Below, in pieces: positions 20,063 through 30,191 of a stretch of 64,000 nucleotides of DNA. The notes under the pieces are model-generated. The model did no database searches. It saw only the letters and a list, made by a program, of their open reading frames with translations, and was not told where the DNA came from. The DNA comes from Candidatus Eiseniibacteriota bacterium (GTDB taxonomy: Bacteria > Eisenbacteria > RBG-16-71-46 > CAVPCR01), in the NCBI GenBank assembly GCA_963702435.1, contig CAVPCR010000004.1, positions 544,001 through 608,000 on the forward strand, in the 5' to 3' direction. A program made the translations under genes and the position numbers. Position 1 is the stretch's first letter. Every line of letters starts with the position of its first letter.

Positions 20063-21862
20063 TTGACGCATCGACGACGCACCCGGCGCTTCATTCTTTC
20101 CGCCGTCGCGCTGGCCCTCACCCTGCTGGCAACCGGGAGCGCCGGAGTGGCCCACGCTCTCTTCCAGGCCGACTTCGAGCAGCGCTGGTTCGCTCATCCC
20201 GGGGGCTTGATCACCGATCACACGCTGATCCGGGACGGGGCCGGCAACTTCCACCTCTTCTATACGGTGGGAATCGCCGGCCAGGGCTGGCCGCAGCCGG
20301 GCAACATGATCGACTTCGGGCATGCGATCTCGAGCGATCTCGTGCACTGGACCCAGGCGCCGCGCGTCCTCCATACGGCGCCGAGCGGCTGGAAGAGCCG
20401 GAACCTGTGGGCTCCGCACGTCATCCCCGCACCGACCGGCGGCTACTACATGTACTACACGGGTGTGGATTCGACGCTGACCCAGGCCGTCGGCGCGGCG
20501 TACTCGCTCGATCTCTACAACTGGATCGATTTCTCGGTGACCGCTCCGGCCTACCATCCCGATCCGTCGTGGTCGGCCTGGCGGCCGGGGATCTGGTCCG
20601 ACGGGCGCGATCCCTTCGCCTTCCGCCTCGGCAACGGCACGGCGGTCCTGGCCACGGCGCTCGCCAGCGACGCGTACACCGGCGTCGGCAATCGCGGGGC
20701 CGTGGCCCTCGGCTACTCGGCGGACGGCGTTCATTTCACCGACGCCGGCGCTCCGTTGTTCATCAACGAGACGAGCCGCGTCCTCGAATCGACGAGCATC
20801 ATCCGGCGGCCGGACCGCTACTTCCTCTTCTTCCACGAGTCGGGGACCCCGGGCATCCGCTACATGCACTCGCCGGCGCTCCTCTCCGGATGGGATCGGG
20901 CGACGACCCAGGTCCTCGATCCGATCGCCTTCGCACCGAGCGAGGTGGTGGCGGCGGGAAGCGCCACGCTCATGGGGCGCTGCTTCGACACCGATCACAC
21001 GGGCACCATCATCTACGGCGCCAAGTTCGACACGCTCCTCTGGGCGAGCAACCACGTCGACTTCGGGAGCAGGAGCACGCTCCACGACGAGTGGACCGCG
21101 GAGGGTGACGCCTTCGAGTACCAGCCCGCCTACGGGGACCAGCCCTTCGTGCGCGGGGCACCCCCGTCCGGCGAGGAAGGCTTCTTCTGGATCAACACCG
21201 CCGAGACCTACACCGGACCGATCCACCACAACGATCCGGCGGCGCCGCCCCAGTACCAGCGCACCGGAGTCCTCCGCTCGCGGCCGTTCGAGGTGACCGG
21301 GGGGTACATGCGCCTCAAGATCGCCGGCGGGTTCGACGTGGATCGCCTCTACGTGGCGCTCGTCGACACGGCCACCGGCGTCGCCTTGCGGCGCGCCACC
21401 GGCAACGACTCGAACCAGCTGGTGACGCGGTTCTTCGACCTGAACGGACTCGCCGGCTACACCTGCCGGATCGAGATCGTGGATAACCGGGTCGACGGAC
21501 CGCACGGCTTCATCGCAGTCGACGGGATCAGAGAGGAGCTCGGCACCCCGCCCGTGGGCGTCGCGCTCGATCCGGCGCCCGCGACGACCCTCGCCCTGGG
21601 CGCGGCCTACCCGAGCCCGGCCCGCGGCCCGGTGGACATCCCGTTCACGCTCGCCCGCGACGGTCGCGTGCGCCTCGCGCTCTACGACGTGAACGGCCGA
21701 CTGCGTCTCCGGCTCCTCGATGCGCCCTTCGCGCGCGGCACGCATCGCACGCGGTGGGACGGCCGCGACACCGCTGGACAGAAAGTGGCGGCGGGGACTT
21801 ATTTCCTGCGGATGGAGACGGCGGGCGACGAGGCCGCGCGCCCGATCACGATCCTCCCGTAG
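20063..21862 (+). CDS. Secreted five-bladed beta-propeller glycoside hydrolase (GH32/GH43-like) with C-terminal FlgD-Ig-like domain
   Basis: Signal peptide; TDH, HAISSDLVHW, LWAPHV, RDP, LES motifs; C-terminal AYPSP..LYDVNGR..WDGRD..G..VAAGTYFLR. Confidence 0.75.
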   Translation: MTHRRRTRRFILSAVALALTLLATGSAGVAHALFQADFEQRWFAHPGGLITDHTLIRDGAGNFHLFYTVGIAGQGWPQPGNMIDFGHAISSDLVHWTQAPRVLHTAPSGWKSRNLWAPHVIPAPTGGYYMYYTGVDSTLTQAVGAAYSLDLYNWIDFSVTAPAYHPDPSWSAWRPGIWSDGRDPFAFRLGNGTAVLATALASDAYTGVGNRGAVALGYSADGVHFTDAGAPLFINETSRVLESTSIIRRPDRYFLFFHESGTPGIRYMHSPALLSGWDRATTQVLDPIAFAPSEVVAAGSATLMGRCFDTDHTGTIIYGAKFDTLLWASNHVDFGSRSTLHDEWTAEGDAFEYQPAYGDQPFVRGAPPSGEEGFFWINTAETYTGPIHHNDPAAPPQYQRTGVLRSRPFEVTGGYMRLKIAGGFDVDRLYVALVDTATGVALRRATGNDSNQLVTRFFDLNGLAGYTCRIEIVDNRVDGPHGFIAVDGIREELGTPPVGVALDPAPATTLALGAAYPSPARGPVDIPFTLARDGRVRLALYDVNGRLRLRLLDAPFARGTHRTRWDGRDTAGQKVAAGTYFLRMETAGDEAARPITILP

Positions 21863-21907
21863 CCGTCCCCCGGTCCGCCGGCTCGGCGGCGGGGCCGGCG
21901 GCGGTCT

Positions 21908-23110
21908 TCACCGGCCGACCCGGCGGCCGGCGATGAGTTCGTTGTAGGTCGCTTCGAGCTGGCGCCCCGCGTGCTCCCACGAGTACTCGGCCACCGCCCG
22001 CTCGCGCAGGGCCTGCCCGCGCGCGGCCCGTTCCGCGGGGTCATCGAGCAACCGCTCGATCTCCGCGGCCAGCGCGCCCGCATCGCCGAACGCAACGTAG
22101 TTCCCGAGATCGCCCAGGATCTCGCGGTTGACCGCCGACCTGAAGACCACGCTGGGCAGCCCGCACGCCATGTAGTTCAAGAGCTTGCCGTTGGCCTCGG
22201 TGATCGAGAGCTTGGCCGAGACCGCGATGTCGCCGAGCCCGAGGTACTCGCCGGCGCGGTCGTAGTCCACGCGCCCGGGGAAGGTCACGTGGTCGCCGAT
22301 GCCGGCGGCGGTCGCCGCCGCGCGGTACGCCTCGACGTTCGGATACCCCATGACGAGGAAGTGCACGTCGCGGCGCCGGGCGAGGATCTCGCGCGCCGCG
22401 GTGAGCAGATGGTCGACGCCCTGGTAGTGGGTGAGGACGCCGAGGAAGACGACGACCCGGCGGTCCGCCGGGATCCCGAGCTCGGCGCGGAGCGCGGGGC
22501 TGCCGAGTCCCGGGCGGAAGCGCTCGGTGTCGACCGCATCGGCGAGGAGCGAAACGCGGGGGGCGCGCGGATGGTGCGCCGCGAGCTCCTCGGCGAAGCG
22601 CGTGGAGCTCGAGACGATGCGGTCGGGAACGCGAGTCAGCCACGATTCGGCGGGACCGAACACGAGCCGTGCGAGCCGCTTCATGACTTCGCCGCGCGCG
22701 TGATCGGCCGCCTCGCCGGCCAGGCTGCCCTGGAAGTCGGCGACCAGGGGCGCCCCGGTGCGCGCCCGCACGAACTGGCCGATGAAGACGCCCTCGTGCA
22801 GGTGGGCATGCACGATGTCTGGGCGGAAGGCCGCTGCCGCCTCGAGGCTCTTCGCGACGAGGAGCAGATCCACGTAGAGCTTGTGCCACGAGGGACCGGG
22901 CGCGAGCTTCCGGTACCAGGGGATCTCGAGCGTGCGCACCGTGCGCACGCCCGGCACGTCGCGCCCGTGATGGTAGGTGGCGACGAGCACGTCGTGACCG
23001 AGGCGCATCAGGATGCGCACTTCCTCCAGGATGCGCACGTGGCACCCGCGGTCGGCGAAGAACGGAGTCGGCGCGATCATGAGCACGCGGAGCGGAGGCG
23101 CGGCGGTCAT
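21908..23110 (-). CDS. Glycosyltransferase family 4
   Basis: GT-B motifs PDIVHAH, VDTERFRP, KLLNYMACGLP, EYSWE. Confidence 0.9.
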   Translation of the reverse strand: MTAAPPLRVLMIAPTPFFADRGCHVRILEEVRILMRLGHDVLVATYHHGRDVPGVRTVRTLEIPWYRKLAPGPSWHKLYVDLLLVAKSLEAAAAFRPDIVHAHLHEGVFIGQFVRARTGAPLVADFQGSLAGEAADHARGEVMKRLARLVFGPAESWLTRVPDRIVSSSTRFAEELAAHHPRAPRVSLLADAVDTERFRPGLGSPALRAELGIPADRRVVVFLGVLTHYQGVDHLLTAAREILARRRDVHFLVMGYPNVEAYRAAATAAGIGDHVTFPGRVDYDRAGEYLGLGDIAVSAKLSITEANGKLLNYMACGLPSVVFRSAVNREILGDLGNYVAFGDAGALAAEIERLLDDPAERAARGQALRERAVAEYSWEHAGRQLEATYNELIAGRRVGR

Positions 23111-24231
23111 TCCTGCTCCGCGCGGCCGCGGGCGGGGGCGGGAGCGGCGGCTTCGCGGGGAGCGGCGGCTCCGGCATCCGGCGCCGCGAACGCGGGGCGT
23201 TTCTCCGGTTCCCACGGTCGCCAGCCGATGAAGCTGGCCTCCCAGGCCATGGCGGCGAGACGCCGCACGTCGTCCGCGCTCAGGTCGAGATGCTCGATGG
23301 CGAGGAGGTACTCGTCCACGAGCGTCGTCCCCGATACGGTCGTGTTGTCAGTGCACAGCGCGCAGCGGATGCCGGCGTCGAGGAACTGGCCGAGCGGATG
23401 AGCGGCAATGGCCGGGACCGCGCCCGTCTGCAGATTCGAGGTGAGGCAGACCTCGATCGCGATGTCGTCCCGGGCGATCCGGCGCATGAGCTCCGGCTCG
23501 CGCGCCGCGGAGACGGCGTGCCCCATCCGGAGCGGGGCGAGATGTTCGATCGCCTCCCAGATGCGCTCCGGTCCCTCGTCCTCGCCCACGTGCACGGTGC
23601 CGTGGAGACCCATCCGCCGGGCGAGCGCGTAGGCCTCGCCGAAGAGCACGGGCGGGAAGGGACGTTCGGCTCCCGCGATGTCGAAGCCGACGACGCCGAC
23701 CTGCTCGTGGAAGTCCTCGCGCTCGCCGGCCACCTCGCGCAGCAGGATGTTCGCCATGTTGCCGCCGTGATTGCGCATGGCGATGACGACGATCCCGACC
23801 TGGAAATCCGGGTGATCGGCGCGGAAGCGGAGGAGGCCCTTGCGCACCGAGTGCAGCACCTGACGCGTGGTGAGGCCGGCGCGGCGGTGGATGATCGGAT
23901 TGAGCCGGAGCTCGAACAGGCGCACCCCGTCCGCGTAGGCGTCCTCGGCGATCTCGAACGCGATCTGCAGCAGATTGTCGTAGAACTGCGTGTACTGGAG
24001 CGGAATGTGAAACTTGTCGAGGTAGTCGAGGAGCGTGCGGTCGCTCGCCGGATCCCAGGCCAGGAAGCGCCGGAAGCCCTCGAAGCCGAGGCCGGGGACG
24101 GCGCGGTAGTACTTCTCCGAGAGCCGCCACAGGGTGAGCGGGCGGATCGAGCCGTCGAAGTGCCGGTGGAGCTCGGCGAGCGGCAGCGTGCGGAGGAAGG
24201 AGATCTGATCGTCGCGGCTCCACTGCTTCAT
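23107..24231 (-). CDS. add: Adenosine deaminase
   Basis: AELHRHFDGS, VGFDIAGAE, TVHVGE, RMGHAV, EVCLTSN, CTDN. Confidence 0.9.
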   Translation of the reverse strand: MKQWSRDDQISFLRTLPLAELHRHFDGSIRPLTLWRLSEKYYRAVPGLGFEGFRRFLAWDPASDRTLLDYLDKFHIPLQYTQFYDNLLQIAFEIAEDAYADGVRLFELRLNPIIHRRAGLTTRQVLHSVRKGLLRFRADHPDFQVGIVVIAMRNHGGNMANILLREVAGEREDFHEQVGVVGFDIAGAERPFPPVLFGEAYALARRMGLHGTVHVGEDEGPERIWEAIEHLAPLRMGHAVSAAREPELMRRIARDDIAIEVCLTSNLQTGAVPAIAAHPLGQFLDAGIRCALCTDNTTVSGTTLVDEYLLAIEHLDLSADDVRRLAAMAWEASFIGWRPWEPEKRPAFAAPDAGAAAPREAAAPAPARGRAEQE

Positions 24232-24238
24232 GGCCCGC

Positions 24239-24267
24239 ATATTGCGGAGGCCGCAGCCGTATGTCAA
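24239..24267 (-). promoter_or_regulatory. Sigma70 promoter positioned for a leaderless add transcript
   Basis: TTGACA-N17-CAATAT-N7-ATG on the minus strand. Confidence 0.5.
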
Positions 24268-24268
24268 A

Positions 24269-24329
24269 CGGGCTGGGCGTCATGCCCCGGACCCCCCCCG
24301 GGCTGGGCGTCATGCCCCCGGACCCCCGG
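24269..24329. repeat. About 30-bp tandem duplication
   Basis: CGGGCTGGGCGTCATGCCCC(C)GGACCCCC twice. Confidence 0.8.
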
Positions 24330-24577
24330 TCCGGCGGGCGGGGTTTCACCTGGGCAGCAAGGCTGTGGTGCGCTCCCCGGCCCGCTCCGCGCGGGTCGCC
24401 GGGAGCCCGATTTCAACACCAGGCTCGCCAGCGGTGTCTTGCCTCGTGAGAACGGACCATTCCGCCCACGGGTGGCAGCAGCCCTCGACCGGCGGTCCGG
24501 AACTCCCGGTCGAGGCGGCAAGGCCAGGCTTCGGACCATAGCCCGGGGTCCACCCGACCCCGAGGAGGTTTTCACTC

Positions 24578-25492
24578 ATGCATCCCATCCGGCTCCTCTT
24601 GTTCCTCGGTATCACCGGTCTCGTCGCCGCCGGCTGCGGTGACGACGCGGCGAGCCCAGGTGCGGGAAACGACGATCAGCTCGATCAGGAGGCCATCGGT
24701 CTGCTCATGACCGATGCCGGCGACTACTTCGACGGGGGCGAGGCGCTCTCCGACGACCGCGTGACGGTCGGGAGCACGGGCGGCAAGCTCACGCCCGAGG
24801 GCGCCCCGATCGAGTCCTTCTATTTCGTGCGCGAGATCACCGGCCGCGACGTTCACCGCGAGATCGTGATCGATCGCGTCGAGGGCCAGCGCCCGATCGC
24901 CACCGTATCGAGCGAGATCGACCTCCGGGGCATCTTCCACCTGTTCTACGACGATCCCGAGAGCATCTATCTGCCCGGGGTTCTCGACAAGCGGCTGGCG
25001 GCCGAGGCGCGCCACCGCGCCCGCTTCGTCCGTCGCATCGACGCAGATCGGCATCGCGGCTGGCGGCTCGTCGCGGTCTCCGGGGCCGAGATCCTCTCGA
25101 CCCCGACGACCAAGGACATCGTGAGCGTCGAGATCGTCTCGCGCTCGGTCCAGCGCACGATCGACGACCCGTTCGCGCTGGTCCGGCTCGCCGATCTGCC
25201 GACCTTCGCGCCCGGTGAGGAGGTCACGCTGCGCGTCACGACGACGGATGCGGGCGACTACGTCTTCCTGCACACGGGGCTGCTGAAGGATGAGTTCCGT
25301 CCGCTGGGGAACGGGGTGTTCGAGGGAACCTGGCGCGTCGGCGAGCGCCGGGGTCGCCGGCATGTCGGCGTCGACGTGCTCGATGCGGAGACGCTCTTCG
25401 ACGATCAGGCCCCTTACGACTCGGCGATGTGGGTGCTCCACTACCGCGTCGCCGGCGAGGCGGCCGCCGACTTCGAGGATCTGGGCGGATAG
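24578..25492 (+). CDS. Hypothetical lipoprotein
   Basis: GAGGAGG RBS, signal peptide with lipobox-like VAAGC, typical codon usage. Confidence 0.75.
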   Translation: MHPIRLLLFLGITGLVAAGCGDDAASPGAGNDDQLDQEAIGLLMTDAGDYFDGGEALSDDRVTVGSTGGKLTPEGAPIESFYFVREITGRDVHREIVIDRVEGQRPIATVSSEIDLRGIFHLFYDDPESIYLPGVLDKRLAAEARHRARFVRRIDADRHRGWRLVAVSGAEILSTPTTKDIVSVEIVSRSVQRTIDDPFALVRLADLPTFAPGEEVTLRVTTTDAGDYVFLHTGLLKDEFRPLGNGVFEGTWRVGERRGRRHVGVDVLDAETLFDDQAPYDSAMWVLHYRVAGEAAADFEDLGG

Positions 25493-25759
25493 GAACGGGC
25501 GATCGCGCCCGGGGGCCTGCCGATCCGGTACGGAGGGCTGCTCGCGGGCGCTCGCTCCCAGCTAGAGCCCCGATGCCGGCCCGAGGGCCGGCCGCCCGTC
25601 GCTTCCCGGGCCCGGAGCCATCGCGGCTCCGGGCCCCTGCCTTCTGTGCACCGCGGACGCAACGCGGATCCCCCGATCCTCGTCTATTGGGAAACCACTC
25701 GCCCCGGCGACGACCCGGGGCACCCGCGCCCAGGTCCCACTGTGTCTTCGAGGTGTGCC

Positions 25760-26995
25760 ATGGACCACTCCGACCTCGCTTCGTGCTCTCCGCGACATCC
25801 CACACCCGGCTCTTCGCGACTTCCCGCCCTTCTCGTCCTCTGTGTCGGGCTGGCGGGTCCGCTTCTCCTGTCCGGCCCCGGCGGCCCGGCGGACGCCCGG
25901 GCCGAGGTGGAGCAGAAGCGCGAGGTCAAGCGCACGTTCGAGGTCCGCGGACCGGTCGCCCTCGAGAACCTGGCCGGCCGGGTCACGGCCAGGCTCGCGC
26001 CCGGCGGCGGCACCGCGACGACGATCACGGCCACGATCCACGCCGCGGCGAAGAACGAGGCCGCGGCCGAGGAGCTCCTTGCTGCTCTCGACCTGCGCCT
26101 GACCGAGGAGAACGGCGGCCTCAAGGTGGAGGCGCGCTATCCGCTCGATCGCCATCGCACCTATCGTTTTCCGGCCGGGATGGACGGGTCCAACACCATC
26201 GAGTCCACGTACGACGGGAAGAAGATCAGGATCACGACCCGCGATGAGGACGATGCGATCGCTCTGTGGGTGGACTTCGATCTCGAGCTGGCCCGCGGCG
26301 TCGGGCTTCGCGGCAAGCAGATGGCGGGAAGCTTCGAGCTGACGGGGATCGACGGGCCGGTGGATCTCGAGAGCAGCTGGGGCGATATGAGCTTCTCCGG
26401 CATGAGCGGCCCGCTCGAGGCCGGCACCGGAGCCGGCCGGCTCAGCGTGAAGGGGCAGCGGGGGGACGTCACTCTGGCCACCGGGTCGGGGGACATCGTC
26501 GTCACCGATGTCACCGGTTCGCTCGTTGCCGAGGCCGGATCCGGCGACGTCAACGTCGACAAGGCCGCCGGTCGCGTGGAGATAGCGACGGGGTCGGGGG
26601 ATGTCGAGGTGCGCGCGGCCGGGGCCGCGGTCAAGGTGGCCACCGGGAGCGGTGACGCCCGGGTCGTGGATGTGCGCGGCCGCGACATCGAGGTGGGCAC
26701 CGGCTCGGGCTCGATCCAGGTCGACAGCCCCGCCCTGTTCAAGGGCCCGGCGCCGGCGCGCGCGAGCCTGGCGACCGGTTCGGGAGACATCATTCTCACG
26801 ATCGACGACGAGGCATCGATGCTTCTCGACTTCGACAGCGGGAACGGCGAGGTCAAGAGCTCGCAGGCGCTCAGCGGCCGGCTCGAGCGCGTGGGCGGCC
26901 GCGATGCACGGCGCTATCAGATCGGGGCGGGCGCGAGCCATGTCGAGGTCGACACCGGCTCGGGCGACGTCGTTCTCCGCCTCGCCGGCGGCTGA
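25760..26995 (+). CDS. DUF4097-family beta-strand repeat protein (start uncertain)
   Basis: Many TGSGD[IV] repeats; hydrophobic N-terminal segment. Confidence 0.85.
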   Translation: MDHSDLASCSPRHPTPGSSRLPALLVLCVGLAGPLLLSGPGGPADARAEVEQKREVKRTFEVRGPVALENLAGRVTARLAPGGGTATTITATIHAAAKNEAAAEELLAALDLRLTEENGGLKVEARYPLDRHRTYRFPAGMDGSNTIESTYDGKKIRITTRDEDDAIALWVDFDLELARGVGLRGKQMAGSFELTGIDGPVDLESSWGDMSFSGMSGPLEAGTGAGRLSVKGQRGDVTLATGSGDIVVTDVTGSLVAEAGSGDVNVDKAAGRVEIATGSGDVEVRAAGAAVKVATGSGDARVVDVRGRDIEVGTGSGSIQVDSPALFKGPAPARASLATGSGDIILTIDDEASMLLDFDSGNGEVKSSQALSGRLERVGGRDARRYQIGAGASHVEVDTGSGDVVLRLAGG

Positions 26996-27159
26996 TCGCC
27001 GGCGCCAGCCGGAGGCGGCTCACGCGGGGCACCGCTGCGCCGAGCGGGGGCGCGCCGTCCGGACGGTTCACGCAGCGCGCCGCTACGCCGAGCGGTGTCC
27101 GTTCTGGTAGACTCGACCGCGCGTGCCGAGAGACACCCCCGGCCCGTGCCGAATCAGCC

Positions 27160-28005
27160 ATGACCACGCTGTCGCCCCTGACTGTCCTTTCCCGCGACGA
27201 GACCGACCGGGTTCTCGCTTATCTGCTCCGCGAGCCCATCGAGAGCGTCTTCCTGCGCGGTCTGATCATGCGCACCGGGCTCGCACTCGGCCGCCGCTAC
27301 GGGTGCTTCCTCGCCCACCGCAACCCGAACGGCGATCTGGGCGGCATCCTCCTCATGAGCACGCTCGTCGTGCCCTTCGTCACCGATCCCGCGGCGATCG
27401 CCACCTTCGCCGAGGCGCTGCGCGAATCGCCCTATCCGATCCGCAACATCGTCGGGCGCCGCGACACGGTCACGTCCCTGTGGGAGGAGATGCGTCCGTG
27501 GCGGCGGGAGCCGCGGCTCATCCGCCATGCGCAGCCGGTCTACGTCGTGGACCGCTCCACCTTGCGTTACCTGCCCGCGCCGCGACTGCGCATGGCATCG
27601 CTCGGCGACCTCGACCTCCTCGTGAAGGCCGGTGCCGCCATGATGATCGAGGAAGTGGAGGAGGATCCGCTGGCCCAGCGGCCCGAGCTCTACCGGAGCT
27701 TCGTGCGCGATCGCATCCTGCGCGGCGACGAGTACCTGTGGGTCGACGAGCAGGGTCTCTGCTTCAAGTGCAACGTGAGCTCGCGAACGCCGGAGGCAGC
27801 TCAGATCGAGGGTGTGTTCACGCCGCGCGACCGGCGCCGTCACGGATTCGCCGCTCGGGGGCTGAGCGAGGTCTGCTGCCGGCTCCTGCGCGAGATCCCT
27901 CGCCTGTGCCTCTATGTGAACGACTTCAATCTGCCGGCCATCGGGCTGTACGAACGCCTCGGGTTCTACCGGACCTCCGAGTACCAGTCGATCTTCTTCG
28001 AGTGA
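27160..28005 (+). CDS. GNAT family N-acetyltransferase
   Basis: QIEGVFTPRDRRRHGFA, LYVNDFNLPAIGLYERLGF. Confidence 0.88.
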   Translation: MTTLSPLTVLSRDETDRVLAYLLREPIESVFLRGLIMRTGLALGRRYGCFLAHRNPNGDLGGILLMSTLVVPFVTDPAAIATFAEALRESPYPIRNIVGRRDTVTSLWEEMRPWRREPRLIRHAQPVYVVDRSTLRYLPAPRLRMASLGDLDLLVKAGAAMMIEEVEEDPLAQRPELYRSFVRDRILRGDEYLWVDEQGLCFKCNVSSRTPEAAQIEGVFTPRDRRRHGFAARGLSEVCCRLLREIPRLCLYVNDFNLPAIGLYERLGFYRTSEYQSIFFE

Positions 28006-28427
28006 GCGGTGGACCGATCGCCGCCTGCGGTCGGGTGCTCCGCCTGTCCCCGCGCTCGGCGGTGCGCCGGGTCGGATGGGGGAAAGGGCAGGAGCCCGGC
28101 GCTCCCCGCGTGTTTCCCTCGTCGGGCCCCTGCCCCCGGCTTCCCCCGCCCGGGGACGTAGCAAGGGACATGCCGCGGCGGTCCGCCGGCCCGGCAGGCG
28201 GCGTATGCCGCCCTCGCCCCCTCATCTCCGGCTCCCGATGGGCGGCCGGCGGGCGTCGCCCGGCCGACACCTGACCACGACGTCGACACCGATGCTCACG
28301 TCGTGCGCGCTCGGGCGGCGGCGGCGCGGGCCGGCTGCTCGCTGGCTCGCCTCGCCGCGCGCGTGCGACAATGCGGCGTTCGGCGCGGTTGTGCCCGCCT
28401 GGGCTGGATCGACCCGGAGGTTCGTTG

Positions 28428-29420
28428 ATGCCCGTCTCTCCAGTTCGCATCGGACTCGTCGGCACCGGCTCGCATGGCATCCGCTATGCAAAGCACATCG
28501 CCAGGGATATCGCGGAAGCTCGCCTCGTCGCGCTCACGCGCCGCCAGCACGACCTCGGCGTGGCCCAGGCCGCGGAGTTCGGATGCGACTTCGAGCCGAC
28601 CGTCCAGGCGCTCGTTGCCCGTGACGATCTGGATGCCGTCGTCGTGGTCACGCCGCCGGTCGCCCATCTCGAGGTGGTCTCCGCGGCGCTCGCCGCCGGG
28701 AGGGCCGTGCTGGTCGAGAAGCCGATGGTGTCGAGCGTCAAGGAGGGCGAGGAGCTGCGGCAGGCCGCGGCGCGATCCGGGTCGCCCGTCATGGTGGCCC
28801 ACACGCTACGCTACAACACCGTGCTCGGCACCATCCGCGACGAGCTGCCCGCGCTCGGTCGCATCGTGCAGGTGCGGATGTCCCAGCGTCTCGAGCCGAG
28901 CCCGCTCGCCTGGCAGCGTGCGCACCAGGCGGGCGGCGCGGGCTCCATCCTGCTCACCGGAGTGCATCTCTTCGACACGGTGCGCTGGCTCTTCGCCGAC
29001 GAGGTCGCCGCGGTCTTCTGCCGGGCGCGCCGGATCCTGAATCCGGCGCACGAGGACTTCTTCGCCGCCAGTGCCGTGCTCGCGCGCACAGGCATCCACG
29101 CCGACCTCGAGGTGTCGAAGTACACGCAGAGCCGGAGCTGCCGGATCGAGGTGGTCGGGGAGAGCGGCCAGTTCTTCGGGGACTACTGGAACCACCGCCT
29201 GTTCCACACGGGCGGGCGCACCGAGCGGGCCTGGGCGCTGTCTCCCGAGGTCTTCACGATCGAGGCGACTCTCCGCGACTTCTGCCGGCGGCTCATTGAC
29301 GGCCGCCCGATGCCGATCACGGTCGAGGACGGCCTGCGTACGCTCGAGATCGCCGAGGCCTGCTACGCCTCGGCGCGCACCGACAGCATGATCACGCTGC
29401 CCGCAGTCCCCGCCGTGTAG
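28428..29420 (+). CDS. Gfo/Idh/MocA family oxidoreductase
   Basis: IGLVGTGSHG, VVTPPVAH, LVEKPM, GVHLFD. Confidence 0.9.
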   Translation: MPVSPVRIGLVGTGSHGIRYAKHIARDIAEARLVALTRRQHDLGVAQAAEFGCDFEPTVQALVARDDLDAVVVVTPPVAHLEVVSAALAAGRAVLVEKPMVSSVKEGEELRQAAARSGSPVMVAHTLRYNTVLGTIRDELPALGRIVQVRMSQRLEPSPLAWQRAHQAGGAGSILLTGVHLFDTVRWLFADEVAAVFCRARRILNPAHEDFFAASAVLARTGIHADLEVSKYTQSRSCRIEVVGESGQFFGDYWNHRLFHTGGRTERAWALSPEVFTIEATLRDFCRRLIDGRPMPITVEDGLRTLEIAEACYASARTDSMITLPAVPAV

Positions 29421-29761
29421 CCGGGCGGGCGCCACCGCCCCTGCTCCCCCGCCAGGCTGCCGCATGTCATGTCACCGGCCCGCCGTTCGTCGGGTCGCCT
29501 GACCGCCGCGCCGCCCCGGCGGTCCCGATCTGACACAGCCTGCCCGCGCGCCCGTCATCCCCGGCTAAAGGCGGGCCTCGTTTGAGACGAATGCTCTATC
29601 CGGCAGAGGGGGTCTCCCGGTCTGTCCTGCCGGCCCGATCAGCTTGCCCGACACCAGTGCCCTGACTGCCGGAACCCCCTCGCCACTCCTCTCAGAGGTG
29701 TGCCCGCCCGTCCGCCCAACCGCGGAGCCGGGCGGCGGGCCGCGCGCGCAGGGAGGTCGAC

Positions 29762-30136
29762 ATGCGCTTCGGAGAGTTCCTCCTCGAACGAGGCCGGGTG
29801 TCCGAGCACGACATGGACGCCGCGCGCCGCATGCAGCTCATCAACAATCATCTGATCGGCGTGCTCGCGCTCGATCACGGGCTCCTCAAGCCGGTGGATC
29901 TCGAGCACATCCTCAACCATCAGACTGCGTGCTCGCCGCCGTCGCGCTTCGGAGAGGTGGCGATCGGGCTCGGGTACCTGAGCCGCACGCAGCTCGAAGA
30001 GCTGCTCACGATCCAGGCGGAGAACCGCCTGCGCATCGGCGACGTGCTGGTTCTGCAGTCGCGGCTCACGGAGGAGGAGCTGCTCGCCGAACTGCGCGCC
30101 TACCGCGAATTCGTCGAGCAGCACAAGGTCGCCTGA
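29762..30136 (+). CDS. Standalone protein of four MshEN-like repeats (candidate c-di-GMP binder)
   Basis: RFGEFLLERG..Q, LIGVLALDHGLL..Q, RFGEVAIGLGYL..Q, RIGDVLV..; GGGAGG RBS. Confidence 0.7.
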   Translation: MRFGEFLLERGRVSEHDMDAARRMQLINNHLIGVLALDHGLLKPVDLEHILNHQTACSPPSRFGEVAIGLGYLSRTQLEELLTIQAENRLRIGDVLVLQSRLTEEELLAELRAYREFVEQHKVA

Positions 30137-30191
30137 CCGGAACTCCACGCCGGCCGCGGGCCCAGCCGATCCCGGGAGCCGACCGGCAGGA

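Noticed and set aside
24330..24577. Riboswitch upstream of the lipoprotein
   Set aside because: Hairpins are present (e.g. CCTCGACCGG/CCGGTCGAGG) but no recognisable consensus; expected by chance at this GC content.
29421..29761. c-di-GMP riboswitch before the MshEN-like gene
   Set aside because: GEMM consensus elements were not found by eye.
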